A DNA stretch of 64,000 nt, taken from the NCBI RefSeq assembly GCF_045055805.1, contig NZ_CP159330.1, forward strand, positions 1,551,547 to 1,615,546, read 5' to 3'. The notes under the pieces are model-generated. The model was not told where the DNA came from and searched no databases. It saw only the letters and a list, made by a program, of their open reading frames with translations. The position numbers were made by a program, and so were the translations under genes. Positions 19,804 through 30,235 of the stretch are shown here, in pieces (within the stretch, counting starts at the first letter, position 1; the number at the start of each line of letters is the position of its first letter). Origin of the DNA: Christiangramia sp. LLG6405-1. GTDB lineage: Bacteria; Bacteroidota; Bacteroidia; Flavobacteriales; Flavobacteriaceae.

Positions 19804-20928
19804 CTACAATTTTCGTTTTTTCTTCTTCATTTTATTCAGCCAGATGATGGTTCCAGTCACGGGTAGGGAAGTGGCAATCAGGCAAGCTAGGAAATAGATG
19901 ATCTTTGATAGAATTCCAAAAATTTCGCCAGTATGTAAAGGTTTTATGAGAGATGCGACCTGTACATTTAAATCCTTATCGTCAAAAAGTTCCTTTTTTA
20001 ACACAGATCCATCCCTGTCCAAAACCAGCAGATCTGAAGTTGATGGAGACCAGTTGTCGTCACCATATTTTCTTATTTCCAATACATTAATTTCTTCTTG
20101 TGGGATGCTGATACTTGTTTTTCCGGCATATTTGAACTCTGAATTGGAAATGGTATAGGCTTCTGAAAGCGAAATTACTTTAGAACCTGTTTTTTTAGAA
20201 GTGATTCCAGGACCACCTCTTCCTCCAAAGATCTTCGTTCCCAGAACCTGGCTCCCTGCTTCCCGATACCATTCAAATGACCAGCAAAGTCCTGTGAGGA
20301 TCATGATCACCAAAACTATACACGAATAGAAACCAAGAGTGTTATGTAGATCGTGATTAATTCTTTTCCAGTTTGCAGACCATTTGATCTTAAAACCTGG
20401 TTTGAAAGCTTTCCATTTCCATTTCTTCGGAAACCAGATAATAATTCCACTAATGGATAGAAATAAAAAGATGATTGTAGCAACACCTACAATGGGTCTT
20501 CCAATGCTCGTATCTAAAAGAAGCCAGCGATGCATTTTAAACATTATACTGAAAAATCCGTCCAGAGGTGAAGGTTCAGGTTTTAGAATATCTGCCGAAT
20601 ACGGATCCATCATAAAGGTGGTTCCACGACGATCTTCTGGTGAGGTCTTTACCCGAAATTCATAAACTTCAGAAGCTTCAGTTGGAATTGAAACAGAAGA
20701 AACAGGACCTTTTTCCGACATTCTGGAAGTTAATTCATCGATCGATAACTTTTCCGAAGAGGGAACAACGTGAAGTTGTTCAGCAAAAATTGATTCGATC
20801 TCTTTTTCAAAAACCAACATGGTCCCGCTAAAACAAACCAGAAATAAAATAATTCCGCTAGCCAGACCCAACCAGAGATGGACGTCTGTCATAAACTTTC
20901 GAAAAGTATAGGCTTTCTTTTTTTTCAT
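19804..20928 (-). CDS. PepSY-associated TM helix domain protein
   Basis: N-terminal YTFRKFMTDVHLWLGLASGIILFLVCFSG motif and a C-terminal TM helix with a Lys-rich tail. Confidence 0.7.
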   Translation of the reverse strand: MKKKKAYTFRKFMTDVHLWLGLASGIILFLVCFSGTMLVFEKEIESIFAEQLHVVPSSEKLSIDELTSRMSEKGPVSSVSIPTEASEVYEFRVKTSPEDRRGTTFMMDPYSADILKPEPSPLDGFFSIMFKMHRWLLLDTSIGRPIVGVATIIFLFLSISGIIIWFPKKWKWKAFKPGFKIKWSANWKRINHDLHNTLGFYSCIVLVIMILTGLCWSFEWYREAGSQVLGTKIFGGRGGPGITSKKTGSKVISLSEAYTISNSEFKYAGKTSISIPQEEINVLEIRKYGDDNWSPSTSDLLVLDRDGSVLKKELFDDKDLNVQVASLIKPLHTGEIFGILSKIIYFLACLIATSLPVTGTIIWLNKMKKKKRKL

Positions 20929-21325
20929 TTTTAATATTTAAGGTTAGGAACCTTGCTAATTTGAATATTTGGTAAAGTATTTACTAGAATTAAAGTTTTT
21001 GAATAAAGTTTCTCTAATGATGCTTATTAATACGGAAACATGCAGATGCGCTATATTATTAGTCAAAGATCTACTCATTATTGATAGTATATTTTCGCAA
21101 GTCGAGTTTGATCATAACTAAACATCATTCGATTGATCATCTAATCTAACCTTCTAATTCATCTAAGTTTATTTAGACTAAGTATAAACAGGGCGGTAAA
21201 TGTAAATAAATCCCTAAAAAATAAAAATTATTTAGAATGATTTCAAATAGAAAAATTTGAAAGTTTTGGTAAGTAGTTGATTTTTAAAAGAAAGAGCTTT
21301 CGTGATCCGAAAGCTCTTTCCTGAT

Positions 21326-21457
21326 TTACTGAAATAAATAGATCAGGATAATTGTACAAATTCCTGTAGAAAGAATAGCATACTTCATAATATCGTAGCT
21401 CCTTTCTAATCGTTCAATCTTTTCAGTAAATTCATGGTCTTCGTTTAATCTATCCAT
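21326..21457 (-). CDS. Small hypothetical tail-anchored membrane peptide (43 aa)
   Basis: Unlisted ORF MDRLNEDHEFTEKIERLERSYDIMKYAILSTGICTIILIYLFQ, followed by a 12-bp hairpin (AAAGAGCTTTCG..CGAAAGCTCTTT). Confidence 0.2.
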   Translation of the reverse strand: MDRLNEDHEFTEKIERLERSYDIMKYAILSTGICTIILIYLFQ

Positions 21458-21524
21458 GACGTTTAATTTGGGATTGTCAATATCTAAAAATTTTGTTAAA
21501 ACCCCAAACTACATATTTACTTTA

Positions 21525-24500
21525 TTATTCTTGCTCTGTGATTTCTACTCGAATTCCGCTGGTATGTCCGGAAAATTCAGGAGCATACATAGATTCTATT
21601 GTGCTAATTCCATTCGAGAAGGATCCAGCATTATTGGCTCTTACGGTATATTCAAGGACATAAGTTCCCTTTCTTAGCTTATCAAAGAAGAAATGGGTAG
21701 CAGCATCTCTGGTGCTCTCATAATAGCTGGTACTATTTTGATACTTATGTTCACTAATCACATTTGTTGGCTCAAAACCACTGGCACGCATATCCTTCAA
21801 ATGAATAAATTCCATATCTGCTTCAGAACGTACAACTAATCGAACACTTACCAGGTCTCCAACTTTCAGTGGAGTATCAGTATCTATCCTTTTAAGTTCA
21901 TTATTTCCAGTATTCAGATATAATTCTTTTTCGATATTAAGCGGACTCTCAGAATGAGTTTTGATCTTATCCAGATTTTCAAAATACTGCCAGTAGGCGC
22001 CACCATAGCCTGCGGTAGTATTATTATTCTCTATTTTAATATTTCCGAAATCTTCTGAAAATTCTCCGGCTTTCCAGGTTGTTTTCACATAGCCAGATCC
22101 AGCTTCAGCAGGTGTATTACTCAATTCTTCCATGTCCAGTTTATCTCCGCCAATCACGAATTGAGTATTCGAGGATACTGGAAGTATATCCATTCCCTGC
22201 ATAAGTAACGCGTAGACCGCTGCAGTTGTAGATTTAGTAGTTTCCCAGTAGTTGGTTCTTTTATTCTGAATTAACCAGATCTTGAGTTCTTCAATTGATT
22301 CCATATCCTTAGAAACTTCAGCAAATGCCTGAATTATTTGAGACTGCACTTCAACAGGAGTATTAAATGATCTCCAGCTTGCCGTATTTTCTTTCCAGTA
22401 CATACCGTAAGTTTCAGATTTTACTGCTGTTTGTTTCAGCGATTCTAAGATCTCCAATGCTTCTACGGAGTGCCCGAAACGATCTAAGGTTATTGCCAGT
22501 TCTGCTTTTTCTGAAAGACTATAATCTGTCCATCGTTGCTTTTGATATTCCAGAGATTTGTTAACGAGGTCTTTTTGTTCAGCCGGGATTGGAAATTCTT
22601 CCTGGTGCATACTTCTGGTATGTGCATAGGCAAGCACAGTGTAGCTCTTATAAAAGTCAGTTGAATTCTCTGACTCTCTTCTTTTCTTCTGCTCCATCAA
22701 TTCCTTATCCAGATAAGCAATCGCATTGGCAAGAATTCTTCGATCATCCAGCTCAATATTCATGTTCTTCAGTTTTCCGAAGCCCTCGATGATATGAGAA
22801 GTGATATAATAATTATCTCTACCGCCAGCGAACCATGGAAATGCTCCCGACAAATTTTGCATTCTGCGTAACCTGGTCATCATAGAAGTCAATTCTTTGT
22901 CCATTCGCCCGGTTTCAAACAATAAACCTATTCGTTGTTGCTGTAGACTTTCAGATTCAGCATCCTGTACCCACGGAGTCTCAGCAAGCAAAAGGCTCTT
23001 GAGTTCTTCATTTTTCTGAAGATTGCTCACCATACTGGAATCTTTTCTCCATGCTTCATAAACTTCAGCAATCTCCGGTTTTGAGTTCACAATTTTCTGT
23101 CCAACAGAATTAGCGAAGATCTTTGAAAATATCTGTTCAGAACAATCATGTTCGTACTCCATGAGGTATGGCAAACTTTGTAAGGCAAACCAACCGGGAT
23201 TGGAAGTATATTCAAATGTAAATTGATGATTCTTCAGGGTTTCAGAGTCATTCGATTTCAGGTTTTCAAATTCAAAGTTTTCAGTTTCTCCTGCTCTTAC
23301 AAATAGTGGGATACTTTCGTAAACCAGCATCCTGTTCTTCAAAACGGGAAGTAAATTTTCTTCCCCATCACTAAAATCACCTGCTTTCGCAAGGATTCTA
23401 TAGGTCACCGCAGGAATAGTTTCGGGTACAAACAGTTTCCAGCTTACCACCCTGGTCTTTCCTGCCTGGATCTGGAAGGCTTGCAGCGTTTCAGTATTTC
23501 CCATCGGGATATCTGCCGGTTCCATCGTCACGGCATCAAACAACTTCAGTACTGCGTTACCGGTCATTGGTTCACTGGAAAGGTTGGTTACTTTCACCTT
23601 GAAAATGATACTATCACCTTCTCTTAAAAATCGCGGTGCATTTGGTACTACATTTAGATCCTTGCTTGTGGTTACAATTTTCTCGAGTTCACCGGTGCTC
23701 CAGTTGCTGTTATGAGCCAGTAATCGTAATTTCCAGCTGGTTAGTGCTTCCGGAGTAGTAAAGCTGAACGATAAACTTCCATTTTCATCCAGTCTAAGAT
23801 CCGGGAAGAAAAAAGCTGTTTCCTGTAGATTTGTTCTTGCATCAACATTTTCAAGGTCTTCCAGGGATTTGCTGGTGGTTATGATCACAACACCATCAGC
23901 CGCTCTGCTTCCATAAATTGCTGTAGCTTCAGCACCTTTCAGAATTTCAACGCGCACAATATCTTTTGAATCCAGTTCATAGTCTTCAACAGGCTTACCG
24001 TCTACGATAAACAATGGACTTCCACTTATGCTTGAACTACCTCTAATCTTAAACTCGGTGTTGGCTCCGGTTCTGGATACCTCTACGCCGGCAACCTTGC
24101 CTTGTAACAAGGCTACAGATTGACTTTCCTGTTCGGTAACTTCCATAACTTCTTCTGCTGCTGCCTCACCGTAACCTGTAACTACGACTTCATCCAGGCT
24201 GGAAGAATCTGCTTCAAGATCAATAAACACTTCGGTTTCATCACCAAGTTGGTATTCCTGACTTACAAAACCTACAAAACTAAAGGTGAGAAGTGAGTTT
24301 TTAGGAGCATCGATTCCAAATTCACCGTCAAAGTCTGTCTGTGCTCCAACACTCGAACCTTTCACCATTACATTGACTCCTGGAAGTGGTTCTCCATTTT
24401 CATCAACTACTCTTCCCTGCACACGAGCTCCGGAATCCGCTTTATTGCTAACTTTTAAAGTGCTCAGATAATTCCTGTACTGATAACTGTTAGGCTGTCC

Positions 24501-27500
24501 AAAATCAAAACCAAATTGAGAGAGCTCATCAAAGCGAAGATTAACTCGTCTATAATAATTATACCTGCCAAAATACCTATTCAGGTTGGTGCTTCGACCT
24601 AAATTATCAAAATATAAGGATGGATAATCAGATCTAAATCCAGTAAACCCGGTATCTGTATTCCACTCATCCTTTTTAAATTGATCAAGCGAAATATCAT
24701 ACATAGAAGCCAGAACTTCAGCTTCTTTTTTCTCACCTGGAGTTGATACATTAAAACTCCAGGTTTCTTCCAGTCCAGGTCTTATTTTATTTCTGAAGGT
24801 TTCCGTAGAGATTTCAAGATCTTCGGAATCTTTTCTGAAGTTTACAACCTCGCTAAATTCAATTTGCCGGTTGTTCATTACTGAAGAAAGAACCAGTTTA
24901 AATTCAGGGTCTTCCAGAGCTTTTAGCGGAATCTTCAATTTTAACTTCCCGTCAAGCTTATAGTATTCTCTAAAAATAGAAGTACGTCCGTTTCTGAACG
25001 CTGAAACGCGAATTCGTAAATTATTTATAGGAGAGCTGATCTCAACCTGCGCGTTTTCATCTGAAGCTAATGTTTCTTTATTGATAATACTTACCAGAAG
25101 ATCCTGATCGGTAAAGGCTTTATTACTTTTAGGATCCTGAATACTAATAACCTTTAGTAATTCTTCTGTTTTATTTTCATGTCGGAGTTCGAAACTTAGT
25201 AAGTAACTACCTTCTTTCCAATTTCTGGTAGCGATCTCATCCTCAAAATCCCCATCTGAATCAAAGGTGGATTCGTACACTTTCTCCAATTTTTCCCAGT
25301 TTTCTGGTTTAGTCAGCTTTCGGTAAGGTTCATTCGGGAATAATCTTTCAAATTCATCTTTAGAAATAAGTTCGAATTCAGGAGCCTCCCACCATCTTTC
25401 CTGGTAGTGCTTTTCAGGACTCTTGAGTCTATAGATCTTATAAGTACCCGTTGCAGGTACCTTTCGATCATTTAGATTTCTTGTTGCCAGATCGATTTTC
25501 AGCGTATCGTTAATATCAATCTTATCTGCAATTTCAAGCTTTGGAAGAAAATTCTTATTCCCGATTTTAAGCGACTGCTGTGCATCTCTCGTTTCTCCAC
25601 TCACATCGGTTACAGAGGCAGATACGGAGTATCGATATATAAGATCATTAAGGTTGGTGTTCTGGTCTGCATTCGCTTCAAAAGGAATGATAAATTCACC
25701 ATTTTCATCAGTTTCAGTAGCATCAGTTTTAATAATTACTGGATCTGAATAATAACTTCTCCACCACGAATAATTCATTCGTTCCCTGGTAACAGTGTAA
25801 GCAACTTTAAGATTAGGAAGCGAGGCACCAATATAAGCTTCAGCAGAACCCTTAAGTGCAATTTCTTCGCCTAACTCGTAAGCTTTATTTATGGTGTCAA
25901 AACTGACTTCAAAAGTTGGTCGTTTATATTCTTCAACACTAAAGTATTTGTAATCATCCTGAAAGTCATCCAACTCATCCCAGAAATCGGAATCAGTTTC
26001 AATATATTCTTCGGCATAAATAGAGAACTGGCCGGTAAGGTTATTGACTGGAAGATCAAAGCTACCTGTAAAAGATCCATACTCATTGGTCTTGAATCTA
26101 AATTCATGAATTTCATTTTCATTCGGGTCATCTACGAATACGTCTATATATTCATTAGGAACTACGCTGGTAGAATCATTTCTATGCTGAAGAAAAACAC
26201 CTTTAAAATGCACTTTCTGACCCGGACGGTAGATCGCACGATCCAGGAAGAAAAGTACCTTCGCCTGTGAATCTCGATCTTCATTATTACTATAATTATA
26301 ACGATTACCACCGCGGTTATAAGATGAAGAGTAGAAATCATCTCCCTCAGTAAATTCGGTATGTTCTTCCCAATATCGATTACCGGTATAGTTATCCAAT
26401 GCTATCTCACCATTAAGATCAGAGGTTCTGGAAAGGATGGTGGTATTGCCCTTTTTTACTCTTAGAACAACATCGTTTAGATTTTCTCCTGACTTTCGAT
26501 CAACTATATGAAACAGGTTCTTTTTCTCAAAATCTGTTCTGGAGACGGCAATGTTGGTTACCAGGTAAGTCCCGGAAGTATGATTGCCTTCTGAATCGTA
26601 TAAATGAACAAGATACCTTCCGAAGTCATTTTCCGGAATTACAATTTCAGTTGAATGTTCATTATAATCTGTTTCTCCTGGTAAAACGATCTGTACGCTA
26701 TCTGAAATTTTTGCAGCTTCTTTTTTTATAAAATCTGCTCTATCTCTATAATTTACCTTATCCAGGAAATTCATGCTAACCTTACCTATTTTCATATAGA
26801 TAGTATCTACATTTTTATAAGTAAGCTTAGTTCGACCTGGTTCATTCCGGGTCAGGATATTTTGCAATTGCGCCTCCAGACTTGGAGCGGTAAGTCCTTT
26901 CAATAGATTCTGAGCATTCTGCCGGGTAAGCGTATTGTTATAATTAGACTCAATAAGTTTTAAAAGATTAACAGCTTTAGCATTATAATCTGGATACTTC
27001 AGTAGTCCTTCTTTATCTCTTTCTGAAGCTTTTTCAGCATAGGCATTAGCCAGTTCAAACATAAGCTGAGCCTTAATTTTCCGGTCTTTAGAATTTTTTT
27101 CCAGCCTCTCAATAGCACTGATGTATTTCTGAAAGTCAGCATGAAATTCAGCATGAACAAACTCAATACGTTGTAGTTTCCAGTAATTTAGTGATACATC
27201 ACCTTTGTCTTTTGAGTGAATTCTTTCCAGTTCCTGATATTGTCGTAGAGCAAGCAGCTTTGAATTCTCAACCTCAGCAATTTCAGTATTTACAAATCGC
27301 GAGTCTGTAGCAAAAAGAACCTCTTCGTTAACTTCTGTTTTCGCAGCTTCAAATTCTAAATTGAAAAAGCTACCATCTTTAAGAAACTCCAGATAACGTC
27401 CAGCAAGAAGATCATAGATAGAAGGTCTGAAATCTCTGGTTATAGTTTTTGCATTTAAAAGCACATCAATTTCAGAATTGGAGAAATTAACAAGTTTGCC

Positions 27501-27977
27501 AGGATTGGCAACAGAATTTTTATGAGCTGTATGAATACTGTTTTTAATAGTTTCCAGAGACCAGGTAGTCAAATCTTTTTGATCTGGATCGTCAATCTGT
27601 TTCTGTTCGCGGCGGCTCCACCGGTTCTGTCTGTAATAATCACTTAGTAATTCAGCTTTGTAACTTTGAAGCACCTGATCAAATGGAAAAGGAATCTGAG
27701 CGATAGAATTGTTGATATCCTGAAGTATGTAGCTTTCAGCGTTTTCGTGATTGATCTGGTATAGACGGTAATGGTAGATCTTAGACTTAATAAGCTCATC
27801 ATACCTTTTATCATTTTTCGCGCGCTGCATTAAACTATTAGTACGCTCTAAGGCAGTCTCAACTTTTCCCACCTTCTCAAGTGAATTGATCTGTAGCCAA
27901 CTTTCTTTATAACTAGGGTTTTGAGCGAATAGTAAACTTTGGGATATGATGAAGATCCCTAAAAGCAATTTTTTCAT
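21525..27977 (-). CDS. Alpha-2-macroglobulin-family giant lipoprotein/secreted protein (2150 aa) with embedded CarbopepD_reg + TonB-Plug-like segment
   Basis: Signal peptide, MG-like repeats, and a thioester-type motif HDCSEQ (CxEQ). The central RVQGRVVDENGEPLPGVNVMVKGSS is a CarbopepD_reg motif, followed by the SusC-type VVVTGYG...LQGKVAGVEV...PLFIVDG...IYGSRAADGVVIITT. Confidence 0.8.
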   Translation of the reverse strand: MKKLLLGIFIISQSLLFAQNPSYKESWLQINSLEKVGKVETALERTNSLMQRAKNDKRYDELIKSKIYHYRLYQINHENAESYILQDINNSIAQIPFPFDQVLQSYKAELLSDYYRQNRWSRREQKQIDDPDQKDLTTWSLETIKNSIHTAHKNSVANPGKLVNFSNSEIDVLLNAKTITRDFRPSIYDLLAGRYLEFLKDGSFFNLEFEAAKTEVNEEVLFATDSRFVNTEIAEVENSKLLALRQYQELERIHSKDKGDVSLNYWKLQRIEFVHAEFHADFQKYISAIERLEKNSKDRKIKAQLMFELANAYAEKASERDKEGLLKYPDYNAKAVNLLKLIESNYNNTLTRQNAQNLLKGLTAPSLEAQLQNILTRNEPGRTKLTYKNVDTIYMKIGKVSMNFLDKVNYRDRADFIKKEAAKISDSVQIVLPGETDYNEHSTEIVIPENDFGRYLVHLYDSEGNHTSGTYLVTNIAVSRTDFEKKNLFHIVDRKSGENLNDVVLRVKKGNTTILSRTSDLNGEIALDNYTGNRYWEEHTEFTEGDDFYSSSYNRGGNRYNYSNNEDRDSQAKVLFFLDRAIYRPGQKVHFKGVFLQHRNDSTSVVPNEYIDVFVDDPNENEIHEFRFKTNEYGSFTGSFDLPVNNLTGQFSIYAEEYIETDSDFWDELDDFQDDYKYFSVEEYKRPTFEVSFDTINKAYELGEEIALKGSAEAYIGASLPNLKVAYTVTRERMNYSWWRSYYSDPVIIKTDATETDENGEFIIPFEANADQNTNLNDLIYRYSVSASVTDVSGETRDAQQSLKIGNKNFLPKLEIADKIDINDTLKIDLATRNLNDRKVPATGTYKIYRLKSPEKHYQERWWEAPEFELISKDEFERLFPNEPYRKLTKPENWEKLEKVYESTFDSDGDFEDEIATRNWKEGSYLLSFELRHENKTEELLKVISIQDPKSNKAFTDQDLLVSIINKETLASDENAQVEISSPINNLRIRVSAFRNGRTSIFREYYKLDGKLKLKIPLKALEDPEFKLVLSSVMNNRQIEFSEVVNFRKDSEDLEISTETFRNKIRPGLEETWSFNVSTPGEKKEAEVLASMYDISLDQFKKDEWNTDTGFTGFRSDYPSLYFDNLGRSTNLNRYFGRYNYYRRVNLRFDELSQFGFDFGQPNSYQYRNYLSTLKVSNKADSGARVQGRVVDENGEPLPGVNVMVKGSSVGAQTDFDGEFGIDAPKNSLLTFSFVGFVSQEYQLGDETEVFIDLEADSSSLDEVVVTGYGEAAAEEVMEVTEQESQSVALLQGKVAGVEVSRTGANTEFKIRGSSSISGSPLFIVDGKPVEDYELDSKDIVRVEILKGAEATAIYGSRAADGVVIITTSKSLEDLENVDARTNLQETAFFFPDLRLDENGSLSFSFTTPEALTSWKLRLLAHNSNWSTGELEKIVTTSKDLNVVPNAPRFLREGDSIIFKVKVTNLSSEPMTGNAVLKLFDAVTMEPADIPMGNTETLQAFQIQAGKTRVVSWKLFVPETIPAVTYRILAKAGDFSDGEENLLPVLKNRMLVYESIPLFVRAGETENFEFENLKSNDSETLKNHQFTFEYTSNPGWFALQSLPYLMEYEHDCSEQIFSKIFANSVGQKIVNSKPEIAEVYEAWRKDSSMVSNLQKNEELKSLLLAETPWVQDAESESLQQQRIGLLFETGRMDKELTSMMTRLRRMQNLSGAFPWFAGGRDNYYITSHIIEGFGKLKNMNIELDDRRILANAIAYLDKELMEQKKRRESENSTDFYKSYTVLAYAHTRSMHQEEFPIPAEQKDLVNKSLEYQKQRWTDYSLSEKAELAITLDRFGHSVEALEILESLKQTAVKSETYGMYWKENTASWRSFNTPVEVQSQIIQAFAEVSKDMESIEELKIWLIQNKRTNYWETTKSTTAAVYALLMQGMDILPVSSNTQFVIGGDKLDMEELSNTPAEAGSGYVKTTWKAGEFSEDFGNIKIENNNTTAGYGGAYWQYFENLDKIKTHSESPLNIEKELYLNTGNNELKRIDTDTPLKVGDLVSVRLVVRSEADMEFIHLKDMRASGFEPTNVISEHKYQNSTSYYESTRDAATHFFFDKLRKGTYVLEYTVRANNAGSFSNGISTIESMYAPEFSGHTSGIRVEITEQE

Positions 27978-28078
27978 AGGTAGCAGGTTAGGTTGTATAG
28001 CAATTAAAAGGTACTAAAAGATTTAGCACAGCAATAGTTATGCCTGTAATTTTACAACTTTATCTGAACCTTGAAAAT

Positions 28079-28843
28079 TTAATTATTGAGAGACGTACGC
28101 AGTTTATGAAATTCTTCCTCTAAAAAACTCATTTGTTGTTTAATGTCGGTATTCCTGCTATCTGGAATACGATGATAAAAGGCATATTTGATCTCCCAGA
28201 GCTCTTTTACATCGGCGTAAGGAATCTCAATATCTTCAATGCCTTTGTGATCTGCTTTTAAAATGAATTTTTTAGCCGACTGGTATATTCTTCTCAGGAA
28301 TACTTTTTCTTCGGAAACTACCAGGAACAAGCATGCACTCGCGAGATTTAGATATTGCTTCTTCTGAACTTTTACACCTATCACCACATCTTTCGGGTAA
28401 AATCCATCAGAATCTGTGCTCATTTCGAGGTCATGAATTACGAAAGCTCGTAGATCTGCCTCATCATAGATAGGTAGATGAATTTCCGGTAAATCTGCTA
28501 TAAAATTATCTTTAGTGTGATGCTGAATATATTCCTGTTGACCTTCCGGGGTGATGCAGGGCACTTTCTTGCAAATATTCGGTTTAGCTTTAAGGTCATC
28601 GTGCTCAGGTTTGCCTCTAAACTTCAGTAGTTCATTCACCGTAAGTTCGCTGGTAAGCAGATCATCTATAGGAATGCTAAAATAATTAGCAATCTTAATA
28701 ATGGTTTCTATCTTAGGTTCGCTTCGTCCTTCTTCATAAGCGCCCAGTGTACCACGTTTAAGATCAAATAGTTCAGCAAATGCTTGCTGACTCATACTAC
28801 GAACCGATCTTATTTTCCTGATGTTTTTTCCGAATAACGACAT
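28079..28843 (-). CDS. XRE-family HTH transcriptional regulator with C-terminal LexA/S24-like beta domain (possibly non-catalytic)
   Basis: N-terminal HTH_XRE (IRKIRSVRSMSQQAFAELFDLKRGTLGAYEEG). The C-terminal ~120 aa have S24-like topology but lack a clear Ser-Lys dyad. Confidence 0.6.
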   Translation of the reverse strand: MSLFGKNIRKIRSVRSMSQQAFAELFDLKRGTLGAYEEGRSEPKIETIIKIANYFSIPIDDLLTSELTVNELLKFRGKPEHDDLKAKPNICKKVPCITPEGQQEYIQHHTKDNFIADLPEIHLPIYDEADLRAFVIHDLEMSTDSDGFYPKDVVIGVKVQKKQYLNLASACLFLVVSEEKVFLRRIYQSAKKFILKADHKGIEDIEIPYADVKELWEIKYAFYHRIPDSRNTDIKQQMSFLEEEFHKLRTSLNN

Positions 28844-28846
28844 TAA

Positions 28847-28927
28847 TTGCTAATATTATTTGCAGAATTGAATATTTATTGTAAATTAGTCTAACAATAT
28901 TAGCAAATACATTTTACTATTGCTAAT
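28847..28927. promoter_or_regulatory. Operator-like repeats: TTGCTAATATT (28847-28857) / inverted copy AATATTAGCAA (28896-28906) / third TTGCTAAT (28920-28927)
   Basis: Perfect 11-bp inverted repeat with 38-bp spacing, plus a third half-site, in the divergent promoter region between the XRE regulator and the PspA operon. Confidence 0.45.
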
Positions 28928-29109
28928 TTTTTTAGTCTGAATCGTTCGAACACTCAGAGATCTGTTATTAACCAACTAAAGAATTAGAATTATGATCTCA
29001 TTTATTATCGATATAGCCACCGAGCTTATCACGTTTCTTTAACAAAGTCTTAATACTTTTTTGTATTATTAGGCTCTCAAAATAGTAGTACTAACCGTAA
29101 TAACCACCT

Positions 29110-29505
29110 ATGAAAAATCACTTTAATATTACGAGAGATTTTTTGCTGGAATTGAATTTTAATATCACCCGGGAGAATCCGGAAGATGGACTTTTAGTGA
29201 TTCAAAAAGAAAATTCTGGAATTAGAAATCTCATCGTAGGCGTTGCTCCGCCAATCTTAATTATGGAGCAGTACATTTTCAAGATCAATAACCAGTCTGA
29301 AAAGATATTTAAAAGTTTGTTGCAAAAGAATCGCGATATCGTTCACGGAGCTTTTGTGCTGGACGAGTCTGGTGAAAAAGTCATTTACCGCGATACCCTT
29401 CAGATTGAGAACATGGATCTGAACGAATTGGAAGGGAGCTTAAACTCACTCAGCTTATTAATGAGTGAATATTCAGATCATATCATAGAATTCTCAAAAT
29501 ATTAA
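29110..29505 (+). CDS. Hypothetical protein, first gene of PspA operon (tentatively YbjN/YjfI-like fold)
   Basis: 131 aa with no TM helix, ending 11 nt before pspA. Size and position parallel E. coli yjfI, which precedes the pspA paralog yjfJ. The fold assignment is tentative. Confidence 0.4.
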   Translation: MKNHFNITRDFLLELNFNITRENPEDGLLVIQKENSGIRNLIVGVAPPILIMEQYIFKINNQSEKIFKSLLQKNRDIVHGAFVLDESGEKVIYRDTLQIENMDLNELEGSLNSLSLLMSEYSDHIIEFSKY

Positions 29506-29516
29506 AATTCAGCATT

Positions 29517-30233
29517 ATGAACATCTTTAAGAGATTATTTAAAATAGGAGAGGCAGAAACAAATTCTGCCTTGGACAAAATGGAGGATCCAATCAAAATG
29601 ACCGAACAGGGCATTAGAGACATGAAACTTGACCTGGACAAAAGTTTGGAAGCATTGGCACAGGTGAAAGCACTTGCCATTAGAGCAAAGAACGACCAGG
29701 AGGAATTTCAGAATAAAGTGGACGATTACCAGAATAAAGCGATCATCATCCTGAAGAAAGCCCATTCGAAAGATATGGAACAGGCAGATGCAGATCGCCT
29801 TGCGCAGGAAGCTTTGGTGCAAAAAGAAGCAGCAGAGCAGCAGGTGCTAAGAGCTAAGGAAGAGTCGGTTAAATTCGATAATAACGTTGCTCAATTGCAA
29901 AAAAATATCCAGACCATAAAAGCAAATATCGGGAACTGGGAGAATGAACTCAAGACCCTAAAAGCAAGGGTTAAAGTATCGAATGCCACCAAGAACCTGA
30001 ATAAGCAAATGGCCGAACTTGATAGCACTGGTACGGTATCTATGCTGGAAAGAATGAAGGAAAAAGTAGCCCAGGAAGAAGCCCTGGCCGAGGCTTACGG
30101 AGATATTGCCAATGCTTCTAAATCCATCGATGAGGAAATTGATAAGGCGGCAGATACCTCAAAAGCAAAAGCAAGTGATGAACTGGCGAAGCTTAAAGAA
30201 CAACTTGGAATGAAAGATTCTAAAAACGAATAA
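29517..30233 (+). CDS. PspA/IM30/Vipp1 family protein (phage-shock protein A; bacterial ESCRT-III homologue)
   Basis: MNIFKRLFKIGEAETNSALDKMEDPIKMTEQGIRDM... is collinear with E. coli PspA ([36 protein letters not shown]). 238 aa, all-helical coiled coil. Confidence 0.9.
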   Translation: MNIFKRLFKIGEAETNSALDKMEDPIKMTEQGIRDMKLDLDKSLEALAQVKALAIRAKNDQEEFQNKVDDYQNKAIIILKKAHSKDMEQADADRLAQEALVQKEAAEQQVLRAKEESVKFDNNVAQLQKNIQTIKANIGNWENELKTLKARVKVSNATKNLNKQMAELDSTGTVSMLERMKEKVAQEEALAEAYGDIANASKSIDEEIDKAADTSKAKASDELAKLKEQLGMKDSKNE

Positions 30234-30235
30234 AC

